A stretch of DNA of 64,000 bases, taken from assembly GCF_964355755.1 (NCBI RefSeq), contig NC_092674.1, positions 2,914,001 through 2,978,000 of the forward strand, in the 5' to 3' direction. Shown here one piece after another: positions 51,837-64,000 of this stretch. The stretch's first letter is position 1. Each line of letters opens with the position of its first letter. The DNA is from Antedon mediterranea (lineage: Eukaryota > Animalia > Echinodermata). The notes beneath the pieces are model-generated. The model was not told the origin of the DNA. It ran no database searches and worked only from the letters and a program-made list of their open reading frames with translations. The position numbers and the translations under genes were made by a program.

Positions 51837-54800
51837 TCAATCGGTACTAGTAGACTGGACTGTACCATTATTCGCTGATGTGTGCCGACCCAGCGACATT
51901 TCCACAGACGGTCTATTGGTCGAGTTGCTTGGATTAGCAAGTGTTTGAGCTTCGTACAGAATATTTTGAATTTTCATTCGGGCCCATCGTTGGGCATCAA
52001 GTGTTGGCACCGATCGTAGCTCATTCGCTACGTGCTTACCAAACACGCTAAACTGGTCTTCAAGAGCAAGTCTACTGCTTACTCTTTCAATACATGACAC
52101 AGCTTGTGCAACTAAATGTCCTTCGCTCCAAGTATCAAATTCTTTATCATTCAACGATCTTTTAAAGGAATTCCTCACAGCTAATTTCTCTTTTTTATGT
52201 CGAGTCGTATCTGCTTTTCCTTTGTATTTTTCCACAACTCTTTTTACAGAATTTCCACGTAGCTGGCACAGTGTCCTTGGATTCCTTATCACATTTTGTT
52301 CATTTTGAAAGTTTGTGTTTCGAGCAACTGTCCTGACTTGGGAATAAATTTGTTGACTATCTGGATGGGATCCACTACTAGCAGATGCTAGATGTGACTC
52401 ACTTGATACCAATTTATTTCTTAATTGTGTTTTTATTGATGCGTTACTTAAAACAGACTTTGAGTGATGAACGGAGGTAGGATCATTCTGGACAAGTCCA
52501 TCTGTCAATGTATGTCTTGCTTGCTGCTCATTGGTTGATTCCACACTTCTCTGACACACCTGTTTATATCTACCTTTTTGACTTCTGTTATCCAACAAGT
52601 AATCATGTCTGAAAATACCAGTTGGATAATTTGAGATAAATTGTATCGGATTTTCTGCGGAAGAACAATCTTGCATCATCTCATCATCATCCTCCTTTAT
52701 TTTAACTTCCTCAAAATTGCTCAATTCAACATCCTGATGTCCCTCTTCTCCAGATATCTGGTTGCTCTCTTGTGAATCGTACTGGTGAACATCTTCAAAG
52801 CCTGATTGATCACTGATTGTGTTGTCCACCTGAAGAGCTGATTCATCAAGGTCTACAGGGCCTGCAAGGTATGCAACCCTACTGGTGTTTGTATCGCTAA
52901 AGTCGCTGGCCTGTATCAAATCTCTCTCAGATTCAGGAGATACTTCTATAGGTAAAGTCTGCCCATCTTCTGTCTGAAAGAAAACAGTAGATATATTTTA
53001 GATGCAAATACTGTACATACTATTTGTATTAAACTAATGATAATGTTAGAAGCCAAATTTGTTTTTGTTAAATAGATTTTACTTGCCGTTTGTTCGAACA
53101 TCTAAGATTTACCTTGATAATATTGAATACACTCCCTAATATACTTCAAGAGATGACTTTTTCTGGAATATCCGGTATTCTGAATGTGTTTTTATTGATT
53201 AAAAAAATTTGGTTACTTTTGACAAGTTTGGTTTTGGAATAGTTCATGGTTTTGAGAATCCTGTTATTGCAAGATTTGACTGTATTATTCAACTACTGTA
53301 AGTGCATTTTAAGCCCAACTGACTCAGACAGCGTCGTACGACGATTCGCAACAGGAAATCTCGTCGGAAGAAACATTAATGTTCTCCCGACGAAAAATGA
53401 GTCATACGATGCTATCAGAGTTGGCCTTTAGAGAAAGGTTTTCAAGCTACCTGCAAACCGCATGTGGATGGCTTAAGCACCAGGAAAGGTTCCAGAAACT
53501 GAAGGGAATCTTTAAGCCACCACTTTGTACGATCGTCTGTAGTTCCATTTAATTCTCTATCCTGCTCCTTCCATCTCTCACGCCACAGTTGAGAGCGAAT
53601 GTTCTTAATTTTACTGGTGATGCTATATTCTGTTGTCAAAATAAAAACACAAGGAAATCATTTCACAATTCAAGACCGAGGCCTAACTTTGTTGGCCCTC
53701 TCTAAAATTAATTAAAATACAACGAAAAAACAAAAAAAAACAGGCCTAGTTTAGGCCTAGTTACTTATACTTATAGACTTAGGCTCTAGTATAGTATGCT
53801 TAACTAACTAATCAGCAGTAACCTAAAAAGAACAGAAACTAAACAAGAAATATTGGCGCTAGTTCCGTTTCGCACCTGTTTTTATTTCGACTTCCTTTTG
53901 ACTCCAAATTGTTAAGCAGCTTATTGTGAATACTACACCTTAAAATTGGGCCTTATAAGTACTTTTATGAAGAAGAATCACATAAAAAGTAACAAATAAA
54001 ACCTTAAATTGATGATTTTACAGACATGTTTCTCGCGCATACCGTTCGCGAATTTAGCATACTCGAAGTTCAATATTTTCGTTTCTATGGAGCGCCAAAA
54101 GAGCAACAACAATAGATGGTTAAAATCTCAGTGGAATGCGTCTTCTTTTAATGCATTTATTATTGAAATACACGTTTAATTTTAATATATTTTGTCAATA
54201 AAATGCTGTAACATTTTACTGCTAATAATTTGCTGTTTTCAAATAGCAACCACCCCTAGCTAGGCCTAAGAGTAAGACTAACAGGAATATTATTTAGATC
54301 AGATATACCCCTACAGTACATGTAATATGATGATGAATTTGTCGATTTTCATTCCTAAAAGTTCCTGCAAAAACCATGTACAGTATCAACAGTAATATTT
54401 TTGTTGCATTGACATTGACAAAATATGATAAAATTGAACGTAATTTTCACCAATATATGCATTGATTTAAATAAAGATAATTGATAGATTTAAGATATTT
54501 TGATTGATTGATTTTCTCAGAATCTTTAGTTATTTATAATATATGATAGGATCTTGCTAACGCAAATACAATAGCCGGTATCATAATCCGATCAAAGATC
54601 CTTCTGCGTATATAATGTCATAAACCACATTTTGTGTTTTTAAATAAATTTCATTATAAATCATCTGTATAATCTATACACTAAGAAATACAATTGAACA
54701 AACAATACGGATAATAAAAAAAAATCTTATTTTGTTTCGTTTCCCAAGGTGAGACTCGAACTCGGTACCTTGAATGCTATAGACACGAGCAAAGACCACC

Positions 54801-56295
54801 GAGCCATACACAACTGACTAAAAAATGTGGAAATATTCCTCCGTGTATTTACTATGCAGTAACCACTTTGGTGCAGATAGATTATTACATACCGCAATGA
54901 ATTATAATGTTTTACTATGATGACATCTTTAAAGATTTTTAAAAATGATGCACTGTCAAACTATATACTTTTAACTTTAATATATGAACTTCTTAAGGAA
55001 GAAAGTTAATGTTAAGTTTGTTATTTCGGCCTAAGAAAATTTTATAATTTGTTTGATTGTCGAAATTAATTTTTGTAAATTTAATATGCCATTAATGATG
55101 ACTTAATCAACTTTTGTTCTTCTAATTTCATAATAAATCATACATATGATACATACACTTCAAGAAAATTAAATAAAAAATAGGTGTTCCCGAGCATTCT
55201 AACGATATATATTAATTTTAAAATTTAGCATATTTTCACCATTTTGTTAACTTACACGTGCCTAGCCTGTCACTTTTGACGTGCTCGTATAACGCTGTTT
55301 CGCATTGAAAAGTGAATAAAATATGATGATATTATTAAAGAAAGGTTATACAACAACGTTCAATTTTATCATATTTTGTCAATGTCAATGCAACAAAAAT
55401 ATTACTGTTGATACTGTACATGGTTTTTGCAGGAACTTTTAGGAATGAAAATCGACAAATTCATCATCATATTACATGTACTGTAGGGGTATATCTGATC
55501 TAAATAAAAATATTCCTGTTAGTCTTACTCTTAGGCCTAGCTAGGGGTGGTTGCTATTTGAAAACAGCAAATTATTAGCAGTAAAATGTTACAGCATTTT
55601 ATTGACAAAATATATTAAAATTAAACGTGTATTTCAATAATAAATGCATTAAAAGAAGACGCATTCCACTGAGATTTTAACCATCTATTGTTGTTGCTCT
55701 TTTGGCGCTCCATAGAAACGAAAATATTGAACTTCGAGTATGCTAAATTCGCGAACGGTATGCGCGAGAAACATGTCTGTAAAATCATCAATTTAAGGTT
55801 TTATTTGTTACTTTTTATATGATTATTCTTCATAAAAGTACTTATAAGTAAGGCCCAATTTTAAGGTGTAGTATTCACAATAAGCTGCTTAACAATTTGG
55901 AGTCAAAAGGAAGTCGAAATAAAAACAGGTGCGAAACGGAACTAGCGCCGAAATAAACGACAGGTGCGAAACGGAACTAGCGCCGAAATATTTTCATTAT
56001 CTGTATTTTTCTAGGCCAGGGTGTAGCAAGGCCAATCCTTAGTATCTAGAGTCATCATAGTCAGACGGGAACCTGCTGGTACGCCTCACATTACAAGTCT
56101 CCAGACGAGAGGCCTAGCCTTCACTCACCTACCTGTAGTTTGTAACACATCTGCAAAGTAAGAAATGGTTTTCTTCCTTTCACTTCTATCTCGGTATAAG
56201 TAATGTGACGGATCATAAAGACATTGGTTTTGCTGATAAAGCCTTACTAAAGCCTCTGTTTTTTCTTTGTTCCATTCATGATTTTTTAAAGACAT
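51837..56295 (-). CDS. MADF (Myb/SANT-like) domain protein with C-terminal BESS-like motif, about 492 aa
   Basis: Exons 56295-56133 (WNKEKTEALVRLYQQNQCLYDPSHYLYRDR), 53629-53451 (KIKNIRSQLWRE..KWWLKDSLQFL), 52973-51837 (DQFSVFGKHVANELR..ARMKIQNILYEAQ); phases consistent. Confidence 0.85.
53855..55984. mobile_element. Long-TIR non-autonomous DNA transposon (Merlin- or Mutator-like) with 8-bp TSD
   Basis: About 590-bp near-perfect TIRs (53855-54441 / 55356-55949) starting GGCGCTAGTTCCG; TSD gaaatatt at 53847-53854 and 55985-55992. Confidence 0.88.
54738..54810 (-). other. tRNA-derived (SINE head-like) sequence with Pol III A and B boxes
   Basis: Minus strand TGGCTCGGTGG (A box) and GAGTTCGAGTCT (B box); acceptor and anticodon stems not convincing. 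Confidence 0.5.
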
Positions 56296-56422
56296 TTTAG
56301 CGTTATGTTTTCATGTAGGATCGTAAGTAAGAGAATTAAAAGCGCAGCAGCAAAACAAACATGACTCTGCTGCCCTCAACGACTACAGAAGGTCCAGCAG
56401 AGACGTACGTGCTTTAGGTTGT

Positions 56423-56434
56423 GCGCATGCCCAG
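56423..56434. promoter_or_regulatory. NRF1-like site upstream of the MADF gene
   Basis: tgcgcatgccca, one mismatch to TGCGCATGCGCA, about 130 bp upstream of the ATG. Confidence 0.4.
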
Positions 56435-56454
56435 TCCGAGTTTCCAAATACACA

Positions 56455-57179
56455 TTTTTAGTCGCACATAGTTCACTATGTCGGTCGGTCTGTCTGTCTG
56501 TCTGTCGGTCCGGTATCACTATGCATGTTATCGCTTTCTGACCTTATCTTGATATCAGTTTAATCTAGCTAAGTCAATTTTTCACAGTATATTCCTTATG
56601 GCCAGGAATCGATGTGGTTATGTTTTCACGGTCCGCAATAAAAAATTACGCGGTCTACGCACGATTTAACGAAATCACGTTTGTAATCATATCTTCACAA
56701 CCATGAATCACAATTAAATAAAATTTGGTACTCATAAATTTCAGGGCATAAATCATCATATGGCAATACAATTACGTGCGTAGCGCATGTAACGCATGCG
56801 TATGCGCGCTTAAAATTTTCAAAATTTATTTTCGATGAAATAAGAGTACGTTTCAGGCAATTTTAAGCGTTTACAAAATTGCCACGAGTGCGCAGATTTT
56901 TGCGCGGGCACTGCGCGTTAAATGTTATTGCGCACTTTTTTGCCCGATTTCTGTTTTCTTGACTTACTCTTCAACTAGAAATTACGTTATACGAGCACGT
57001 CAAAAGTGACAGGCTACGCACGTGTAAATTAAAAAAATATAAATGTTTTTAAACATTTCAACATTTTTAAACATGTTCAGTAATTTCGATCAGTATAGTT
57101 CACTATGTCGGTCGGTCTGTCTGTCGGTCCGGTATCACTATGCATTGTAGCACGCAACTTAATGGCTGTTGGCCTTGTT
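56455..57179 (+). mobile_element. Helentron-associated (DINE-1/HINE-like) element with internal direct repeat
   Basis: Starts ttttagtcgc; tagttcactatgtcggtcgg(tctg)n block at about 56470 and 57096; ends ggctgttggccttgtt. Confidence 0.65.
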
Positions 57180-58011
57180 TCGTCCCATTAGGACTACTCA
57201 TTCATAAGCTAAAGCAAGCAGCAGTTATAGTATGTAGGGCTGACAGTTTTGCGACTTTGCAAACTCAACTATAATTTATAGATCCCAGTTGCTGGACCCA
57301 AAAAACGTCTAAGAAAAGACGCGAGGGCTCAAGGTTGAACGATTTTGGATTCTCTCCCTTTGATATTGGTTGAAGCGAATCAACAGACTGGGAAGAATTT
57401 TCTTATTACTTGTACCACCTGAATTAAGTCACGTTGTCTCTAGAGGGTATTCAGTTGCATACCTACAGTACAGGTTGAGGTCACACACACACAGCACATT
57501 AAAGTTCAAATTTTACCATTTTTAAATGGGCATGTGATTAATAATTAAAGAACAATCTTTAATTTGTATGTTTTTTTGCGATTAAAGGACATATTTTTAA
57601 TAATTTATCAAATCTGAAGAAAGAACAATGATTAATTTTCAAATGTCGAGCAGCGTTTTTTGTAATATTTCTTGTTCAGCCTTGAATATAACTGCCTAAA
57701 AGAGCGCCGCGAACAGACAATACAGACTTGAGACAAGTCTATTGTATTATGCAAATGAATAATACAACATAAAACAGATGATATACTTATCAAGAAATTT
57801 ATTTATATAAATTTGGCAGGACATCTTTTATCGTAAATAATCAATAGACACAGAGGAAAATTAAGTGGATTAATACACTCAAGGATATTGTTTAAAATAT
57901 AGTTTAAAAGATATCATACCACTGTTATTATTCAACCTAAAAAACACAACCTAAATAACGATTTAATTATGCTCTATATTTCCCACAAATCTACATATAT
58001 AAATATGTGTA

Positions 58012-58273
58012 CACGCAGACCGTGGCTCAGGTCATGTGACACAGAATGGCCCAATGGGGCATCAAATGAAACAACCTATTCATTTATGTAGATTTATTCA
58101 AATTTTCACATGTTACCACTGGTCATATTGTAACAAAGAATTCTACAGCAGTGTTCATTTACACTATGGTTATATTATATTACAAAATAGTCTACAAAAT
58201 GTATGTAATTTTAACACATTTTCATGTATAATAGCCACTAATGTATAAAGTAGCCTGAGCCACGGATTGCGTG
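58012..58273. mobile_element. MITE with TA target duplication (Tc1/mariner-type)
   Basis: TIR cacgcagaccgtggctcagg / cctgagccacggattgcgtg with TA on both sides. Confidence 0.75.
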
Positions 58274-58409
58274 TATTGGATCATAAATAAATAATTATAA
58301 ATCAAAAATAATTTATTAGTAGACTGTAGACATAATATTTTGCCTTTTAATCACATTAGCTTTCCCCCTAAACAGAACATAAATTCTGCTTTAAAAATAT
58401 ATAGTTTAA

Positions 58410-59337
58410 TGATGAAGTTGATGCAGATCTTGATATAGGTAATAAAAGAAAAGTTGGTGCAGATCTTGATAGAAATGATCACATTTGATGCAGATCTTGA
58501 TAGAAATGATGAAAGTGGATACCAGTCTTCATACAGGTAATCAAAGTTGATGCAGATCTTGATTGAAATGATCAGAGTTGATGCAGATCTTGATAGAAAA
58601 GATCAAAGTTGATGCAGATCATGATAGAAATGATGAAAGTTGATACCAATCTTGATACAGATAATCAAAGTTGATGCAGATCTTGATAGAAATTATCACA
58701 GTTGACGCAGATCTTGATAGAAATGATTAAAGTTGATACGAATCTTGATACAGGTGATCAAAGTTGATGCAGATCTTGATAGAAATGATTAAAGTTGATA
58801 CCAATCTTGATACAGGTAATCAAAGTTGATGCAGATCTTGATAGAAATGATTAAAGTTGATACCAATCTTAATACAAGTGACCAAAGGCGATGCAGATCT
58901 TGATAGAAATGACCAAAGTTGATGAAGATCTTGATACAGGTGATCAAAGTTGATGTAGATCTTGATAAAAATGATTAAAGTTGATATCTATCTTGATACA
59001 GGTGATCAAAGTTGATGAAGATCTTGATACAAGTGACCAAAGTTGATGCAGATCTTGATAGAAATGATTAAAGTTGATATCTATCTTGATACAGGTAATC
59101 AAAGTTGATGTAGATATTGATAGAAATGATCAAAGTTGATACCAATCTTGATACAAGTGACCAAAGTTGATGCAGATCTTGATAGAAATGATTAAAGTTG
59201 ATGCAGATCTTGATAGAAATGATCAAAGTTGATACCAATCTTGATACAGGTGATCAAAGTTGATGCAGATCTTGATAGAAATGATCATCAAACTTGATAC
59301 CAATCTTGATATAGATGGTGATGCATGATCTTGATAT
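58410..59337. repeat. About 30-31-bp minisatellite with two alternating variants
   Basis: gatcaaagttgatgcagatcttgatagaaat alternating with gattaaagttgataccaatcttgatacaggt. Confidence 0.9.
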
Positions 59338-60429
59338 CACAGGATCAGGAGATAAGAAATTAAAATGTGCATTTTTAATCATAAAAACATTTAAAAAACG
59401 GTGGCATTCTCTCTTGGTCCATTGAACAAATCTGCATTTCTGGGTAATTGCAGTAAGCATTTAGGTGATATACCTTTCCTGTTGTTTACTGCTGAAATGA
59501 TATACAGTACAGAATTGAATTATGTTTAGAATGTCACATACTCCATATAATAGTAATTATCGAATAATAATAAGCATACAACATTGATAATCTCAGACAG
59601 ATGATGATGAATACAGTGATTTAAATGCAAAATATAACATGCCCTATCAGTTATCCATGATACCATAACACCACTTGGATGATCAACTACTCAGCACCAA
59701 TGGTCATCATATTTCATACTAAATCTGTTATTTATACAAAAATCCTACTAATTCCCATAACATGTTACACAGTATTTAGTTTAGTACCATGGAGCAATTA
59801 AATTCTTACATGTTTGTACCAGCTTAAGTCTAAACTTAAGTTTAAGTAGTTGATTAATTGGAATTTACCCATTTAAATCAAAAATAGTTAAAAAAAAAAA
59901 GGATCTAATTGGGGAACAATTAAAACATGATATTCTGCTTGTTGTCTTATTATGATAGAAAGTTGAAAATCATTTGTTTATTTACATATAAAGTTTGTGA
60001 AAAATCAGATATCACACAATTCAAGAGCTTTAAAACAGCATTCAGATAAAAACTACATTTTACAGATTCTGATTTTCAACAGCATTCTGGTCACTAAATA
60101 TAACTAACACAGATTTCCACGAATTTCCTGGCAACATTTTAGTAATCATGAATTTCCTGGCAACCTTATTGTTGATATTTCTTGGTTTACAATCATTTTT
60201 TAAATAACTTTATTCAATTCGTGACTCTTGGAAAATTGTTTTCTTCAAGAAATATGAATACAATTATAAAAAGTAAGCAGAATAAGGCTGTATAGCATTA
60301 TACTGTACAAGAATATTTCATGAAAGTTTTATAAATTCCATGCAGTCTTTTTCTTCAAATGGTTCATGCAGCAGATTTCTTCATGTGATTATCACTCTTC
60401 CTCACAATCTTACAGTATGCTTGTTAAAT

Positions 60430-63400
60430 TTACACTTTGCTGCTAAATGTTGCACTTCCAAGTACCTCAATCCATCTGATTAGATAAAAAAAGAATGTTT
60501 AGGAATTATACTATAATGCTCAGCTCTTAAAAAAATGTGCTATAAAGGCTTTTAAAAATGTGTGCCATAAAGGCTTTTAAAAATGTGTGCCATAAGGGCT
60601 TTTAAAAATGTGTGCCAAAAAGGCTTTTAAACTGTGTGGCATAAAGGTTTTAAAAATGTGTGTCATAAAGGCCTTCAAACAGTAGAGTTTACTCTCTCAA
60701 TTATACATTATTGGGATATAACATGCTGTTAAATAATGAAAAATATTGTTGTTACCGTCCATAAGTGTATTCACTCTCTGCTCTAAAGAAGTAAACATGA
60801 GTTTTAAACTGAAGTTTGAATACGTAGTCTTTCTTAATATCATCGCTCTCAGCTGGTTGTTCCACGGTGTAGCCCAACAATGGCAGACTTGCCAACGGAT
60901 AATCATCCTATATTAGACAAAAACAAATCAAGACAATAAATATTATTTGTGGACACATTGGAAGTTATAATCTATTTAAAATCTTATCTTACTGTATATT
61001 AAATACTAATTTTTAAAAAACCACCTACCTGGTAACTTTTATAAAAGAATAAACAAAAATTGGTGAAAACCACCCAGAGTTTTTGCCAACCATTGCTATT
61101 TTTGAACTTCCTTAACAAGTAACCACTCAATTGATTCTGGGAATAAAACAAAAGACACATTGTTTGTGTTAAGAATCAAAGGCCTTGATTTCCTGATGAT
61201 ACAAACTAAAATTATGAGAATTGAAAAACTCTGTCTACACTATCAAACTTTTTGTGAAAAAAATATGATGTACCCAAATATGGACATGATGATGTTATAT
61301 CACTACCATATTTGGGCATATCACTACCATATTTGTGCATATCACACTTTATTTGTCACATAAAGTTTGATAGTGTAGACAGAGCGATAAGAAGCGATAG
61401 AATCTAACCTCAACTGCCCTTTGATGGTCGGCCATACTGACACTAGTGTTTCGATGCCAGCATACGTGAACGGTGGTGTTTGCGCGGTGATGAGCGATGC
61501 GGTCTAGTGAACCTCGCGGTGACGAGTGCTCTTCCTCTGATTCATCAAATACATTGTCTGGGTCAATTGAACCTAGAAAATGAATAACAAGAATATTAAA
61601 ATGCACCAGTTTGTATCAAATTTCAAAATTCATTTGTTATTTTAAATAAAACCCTCAATTAAAAAACTATTATTTAGTTATAAATAAATTATAAAGCTAT
61701 TATCAAACTTTATGTGACAACAAAATGTGATGTGGCCATATATATATCACTACCATATTTGAGCATATCACTACCATATTTGGGCACATCACACTTTTTG
61801 ATAGTGCTTAAGAGTAGGCATGTTGTACATCAGGCTTTTTAAATATGAAATCAACACTTACCAACTTGTACTGGTTTATCTCCTCTTTCTGAAATCATAA
61901 TACCAGTATTGATGTCCTAATAACAAAATAAAATCAGAACATTTTACTATACATTTTTTTTGAAAATATTCAATTTTTTAAACATGAATAAAGTGTATCT
62001 TCTTTTTGTGCAAACTATTGACATGAATGTGCTGCTTTCCACAGCATTTATCTGTCCAATGTAACATCAGAAATTTTCAATTAGATCAAGAAGCAGAGAC
62101 CTTTTTAGATTTCTTTTGAAAATATCAGTGGTTTAGGAATCTAAAAGTTCCTATTTGTGGGTACAGTCAACTCTGCAAATACTGGACACCTTTGGACTGG
62201 CCAAATATGTCTGGTTTTCTGGAAAGTCTGGGATTCGCAATGTGTTTCTAATGGTAAAAATGAATTTGGGACTGTTTAGATTTCAAGATATGTATGGTAT
62301 TGGGGGAGTATGTTTGTTGATATATATAGGCAAATTGCCACGGATAACCATAAGCGAATCCATCACTACCCTTCTTAAAGGTGGCAATCCTGTTCACAAG
62401 ACAAACATATACAAGATGCTCTACATAAACAAAGTCTTATTACTAGTCTTCGGGAGTGGAGTTGACTGTAATGATCCAATAATGCATGATCTCTGGAAAG
62501 AGGCACTTAGACAACTTACAGACATCCATCTTTGCTTTTCTTCTGGTGTGCTCGCTGCTATGACAACCGGTTTATTGCTCCCCGTGATGGTGAAACAATT
62601 TGTCATTTGACGATTCTGCTCATCTTCAACCTAAAAAGTTAAAAATATCATGCAATTTAAATATGATAAACCTTTTGTAAATTAAATTGTTTTATTCTTT
62701 ATCATGCTGAATGAAATAATAATAAAAGATAATGAATTGAATGTAATCAATAAAATGAATGCATTATATTTATATATACATTTCTAAGTTCTAAGAAGGG
62801 TCTTTACGCAGACAAGCTGTAACAGTAATAGAATCTGGTTTTTATTTATGACCATTTACACAAAACGTGTAGCGAACAGGTGGTTTGCACTCAAGATAAA
62901 GACATTTCTAAGTTCTAAGAAGGGTCCAGTTATTAACAACTAAATAAATGTGTGAAGAATGAATGAATGAACACATTTAGGTACAAAAACTTTTTGCTTC
63001 TACAGACTTGTAATCCAAACATTAAAGCAACTATCGGACTATGGCTTTGTTCACACTGAGCAATCGATATGGTGGCTGGAGAAAACTCAAGGATGTTTTC
63101 AATCACACATATGTTTTGAGTGTGAACTAACACTAAACCCATTTTCCCATGATTTTTTTTATCTGGCCATCGGGCCGGAATCTAGACTCAGTGTGAGTTA
63201 TTCTTATTTTAAAACATTAAACTCATTTTTCCATGATTTTTTATCTGGCCATTGGGCCGGAATCCAGGTTGAGTGTGAATGCTTATAACTACCTTAATTC
63301 CTTTGAGCGGTATTTGGCCGTGAACTTTAAACTGATTGGTGGGTGTGATTCCTTTACTGGAGTACATCAAGGTATCAGTAAACAAAAAGAACATTCTCTG

Positions 63401-63939
63401 TTGATATCCCTTCCGTGATAACTTGTGAAGGCATCCTTCTCGAAGAAATTCCTGAAATAAACACAAATTCTAAACTTTACTAATTTGTATTCAGTCAGGG
63501 GAAAATAGCAAAAGGCTTCCAACTTTCTATGAGTTTTATGTAGTTAAGTTAAGTTGTAGTTGACAACTCACTTTGTAACATGACAACAGCCATTTTCCCT
63601 TTAACTATATTTGTTTAGATATGGAAATATACTATGCTACACTAACAGCAAAATTTAAAAAAATCGTTGCCAAGGTGCATGGACTGATTAAGCGGTGTTG
63701 AACAACTAGCAAAAGCTTCAAAATAAGATTAATGTATTTATTACATTTTTTTCAGTGTATGCCGGACGCAAAATCCAGTTTCCTAAAACCGGCAGCGTAG
63801 TAACTTACCCTTCCTGGCGCAACTAAGTTATCAATTCCAACAAGGTCTCGTCTAAGCTCTGTCAACTTCTGGAAATTTTCAATTCTTTGCATGTTTTCTT
63901 TAACATCTCCTGATAGCTCTGATATCTCTGCTAGTGCAG
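60430..63939 (-). CDS. FARP1: FERM, RhoGEF and PH domain protein (FARP1/2 ortholog), last 8 exons; continues beyond window
   Basis: Exons 63939-63809, 63451-63293, 62630-62520, 61916-61862, 61572-61409, 61136-61029, 60907-60756, 60475-60430; motifs HRANTTVHVCWHRNTSVS, NQLSGYLLRKFKNSNGWQKLWVVFTNFCLFFYK, PLASLPLLGY. Confidence 0.93.
60530..60675. repeat. About 26-bp minisatellite in last FARP intron
   Basis: aaaaatgtgtgccataaaggctttt, 5-6 copies. Confidence 0.8.
61230..61384. mobile_element. Short MITE (ctctgtctacactatcaaact TIR); partial copies at about 29215-29270, 61697-61810, 63979-64000
   Basis: ctctgtctacactatcaaacttt / aaagtttgatagtgtagacagag with internal atatcactaccatatttg repeats. 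Confidence 0.8.
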
Positions 63940-64000
63940 CTGTGTAGCAAAGCACAGACATATACATAAATCTATAAAGTCTACACTATCAAACTTGTTT

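Noticed and set aside
54738-54810. Functional tRNA gene
   Set aside because: A and B boxes are present but I could not form a convincing cloverleaf; it lies inside a TE.

Overview
AT-rich, intron-containing animal genomic DNA; a marine invertebrate, possibly an echinoderm, is a guess from gene and repeat content. Genes in order: first coding exon of Rab6 (-); a decayed C2H2 zinc-finger remnant and three intact tandem C2H2-ZNF genes (+, 17/30/29 tandem fingers, no recognisable KRAB/SCAN/BTB/ZAD); COG6 (-, 16 exons); FBXO36 (+, 5 exons, head-to-head with COG6); a CHST-like carbohydrate sulfotransferase (-, 3 exons); a MADF/BESS-like protein (-, 3 exons); the 3' end of FARP1/2 (-). Intergenic and intronic space is packed with mobile DNA: Rex-Babar and L2/CR1 LINE ends, a 2 kb foldback palindrome, a Harbinger-type element, a decayed Academ-like element, a long-TIR element with 8-bp TSD, Helentron-associated elements, MITEs and several minisatellites. 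Most notable: (1) the middle ZNF gene is a 5'-ZNF3/3'-ZNF1 chimera from unequal crossover in a hypervariable finger cluster; (2) three classes of putative transposon excision scars are visible against empty paralogous sites in the window: CATGGAGG...CCTCCATG micro-palindromes with 7-bp TSDs (P-element-like), TA(CAG/CTG)TA (Tc1/mariner-like) and TA-GGCC-TA, one of which sits in-frame in a zinc finger. Coordinates were read by hand.
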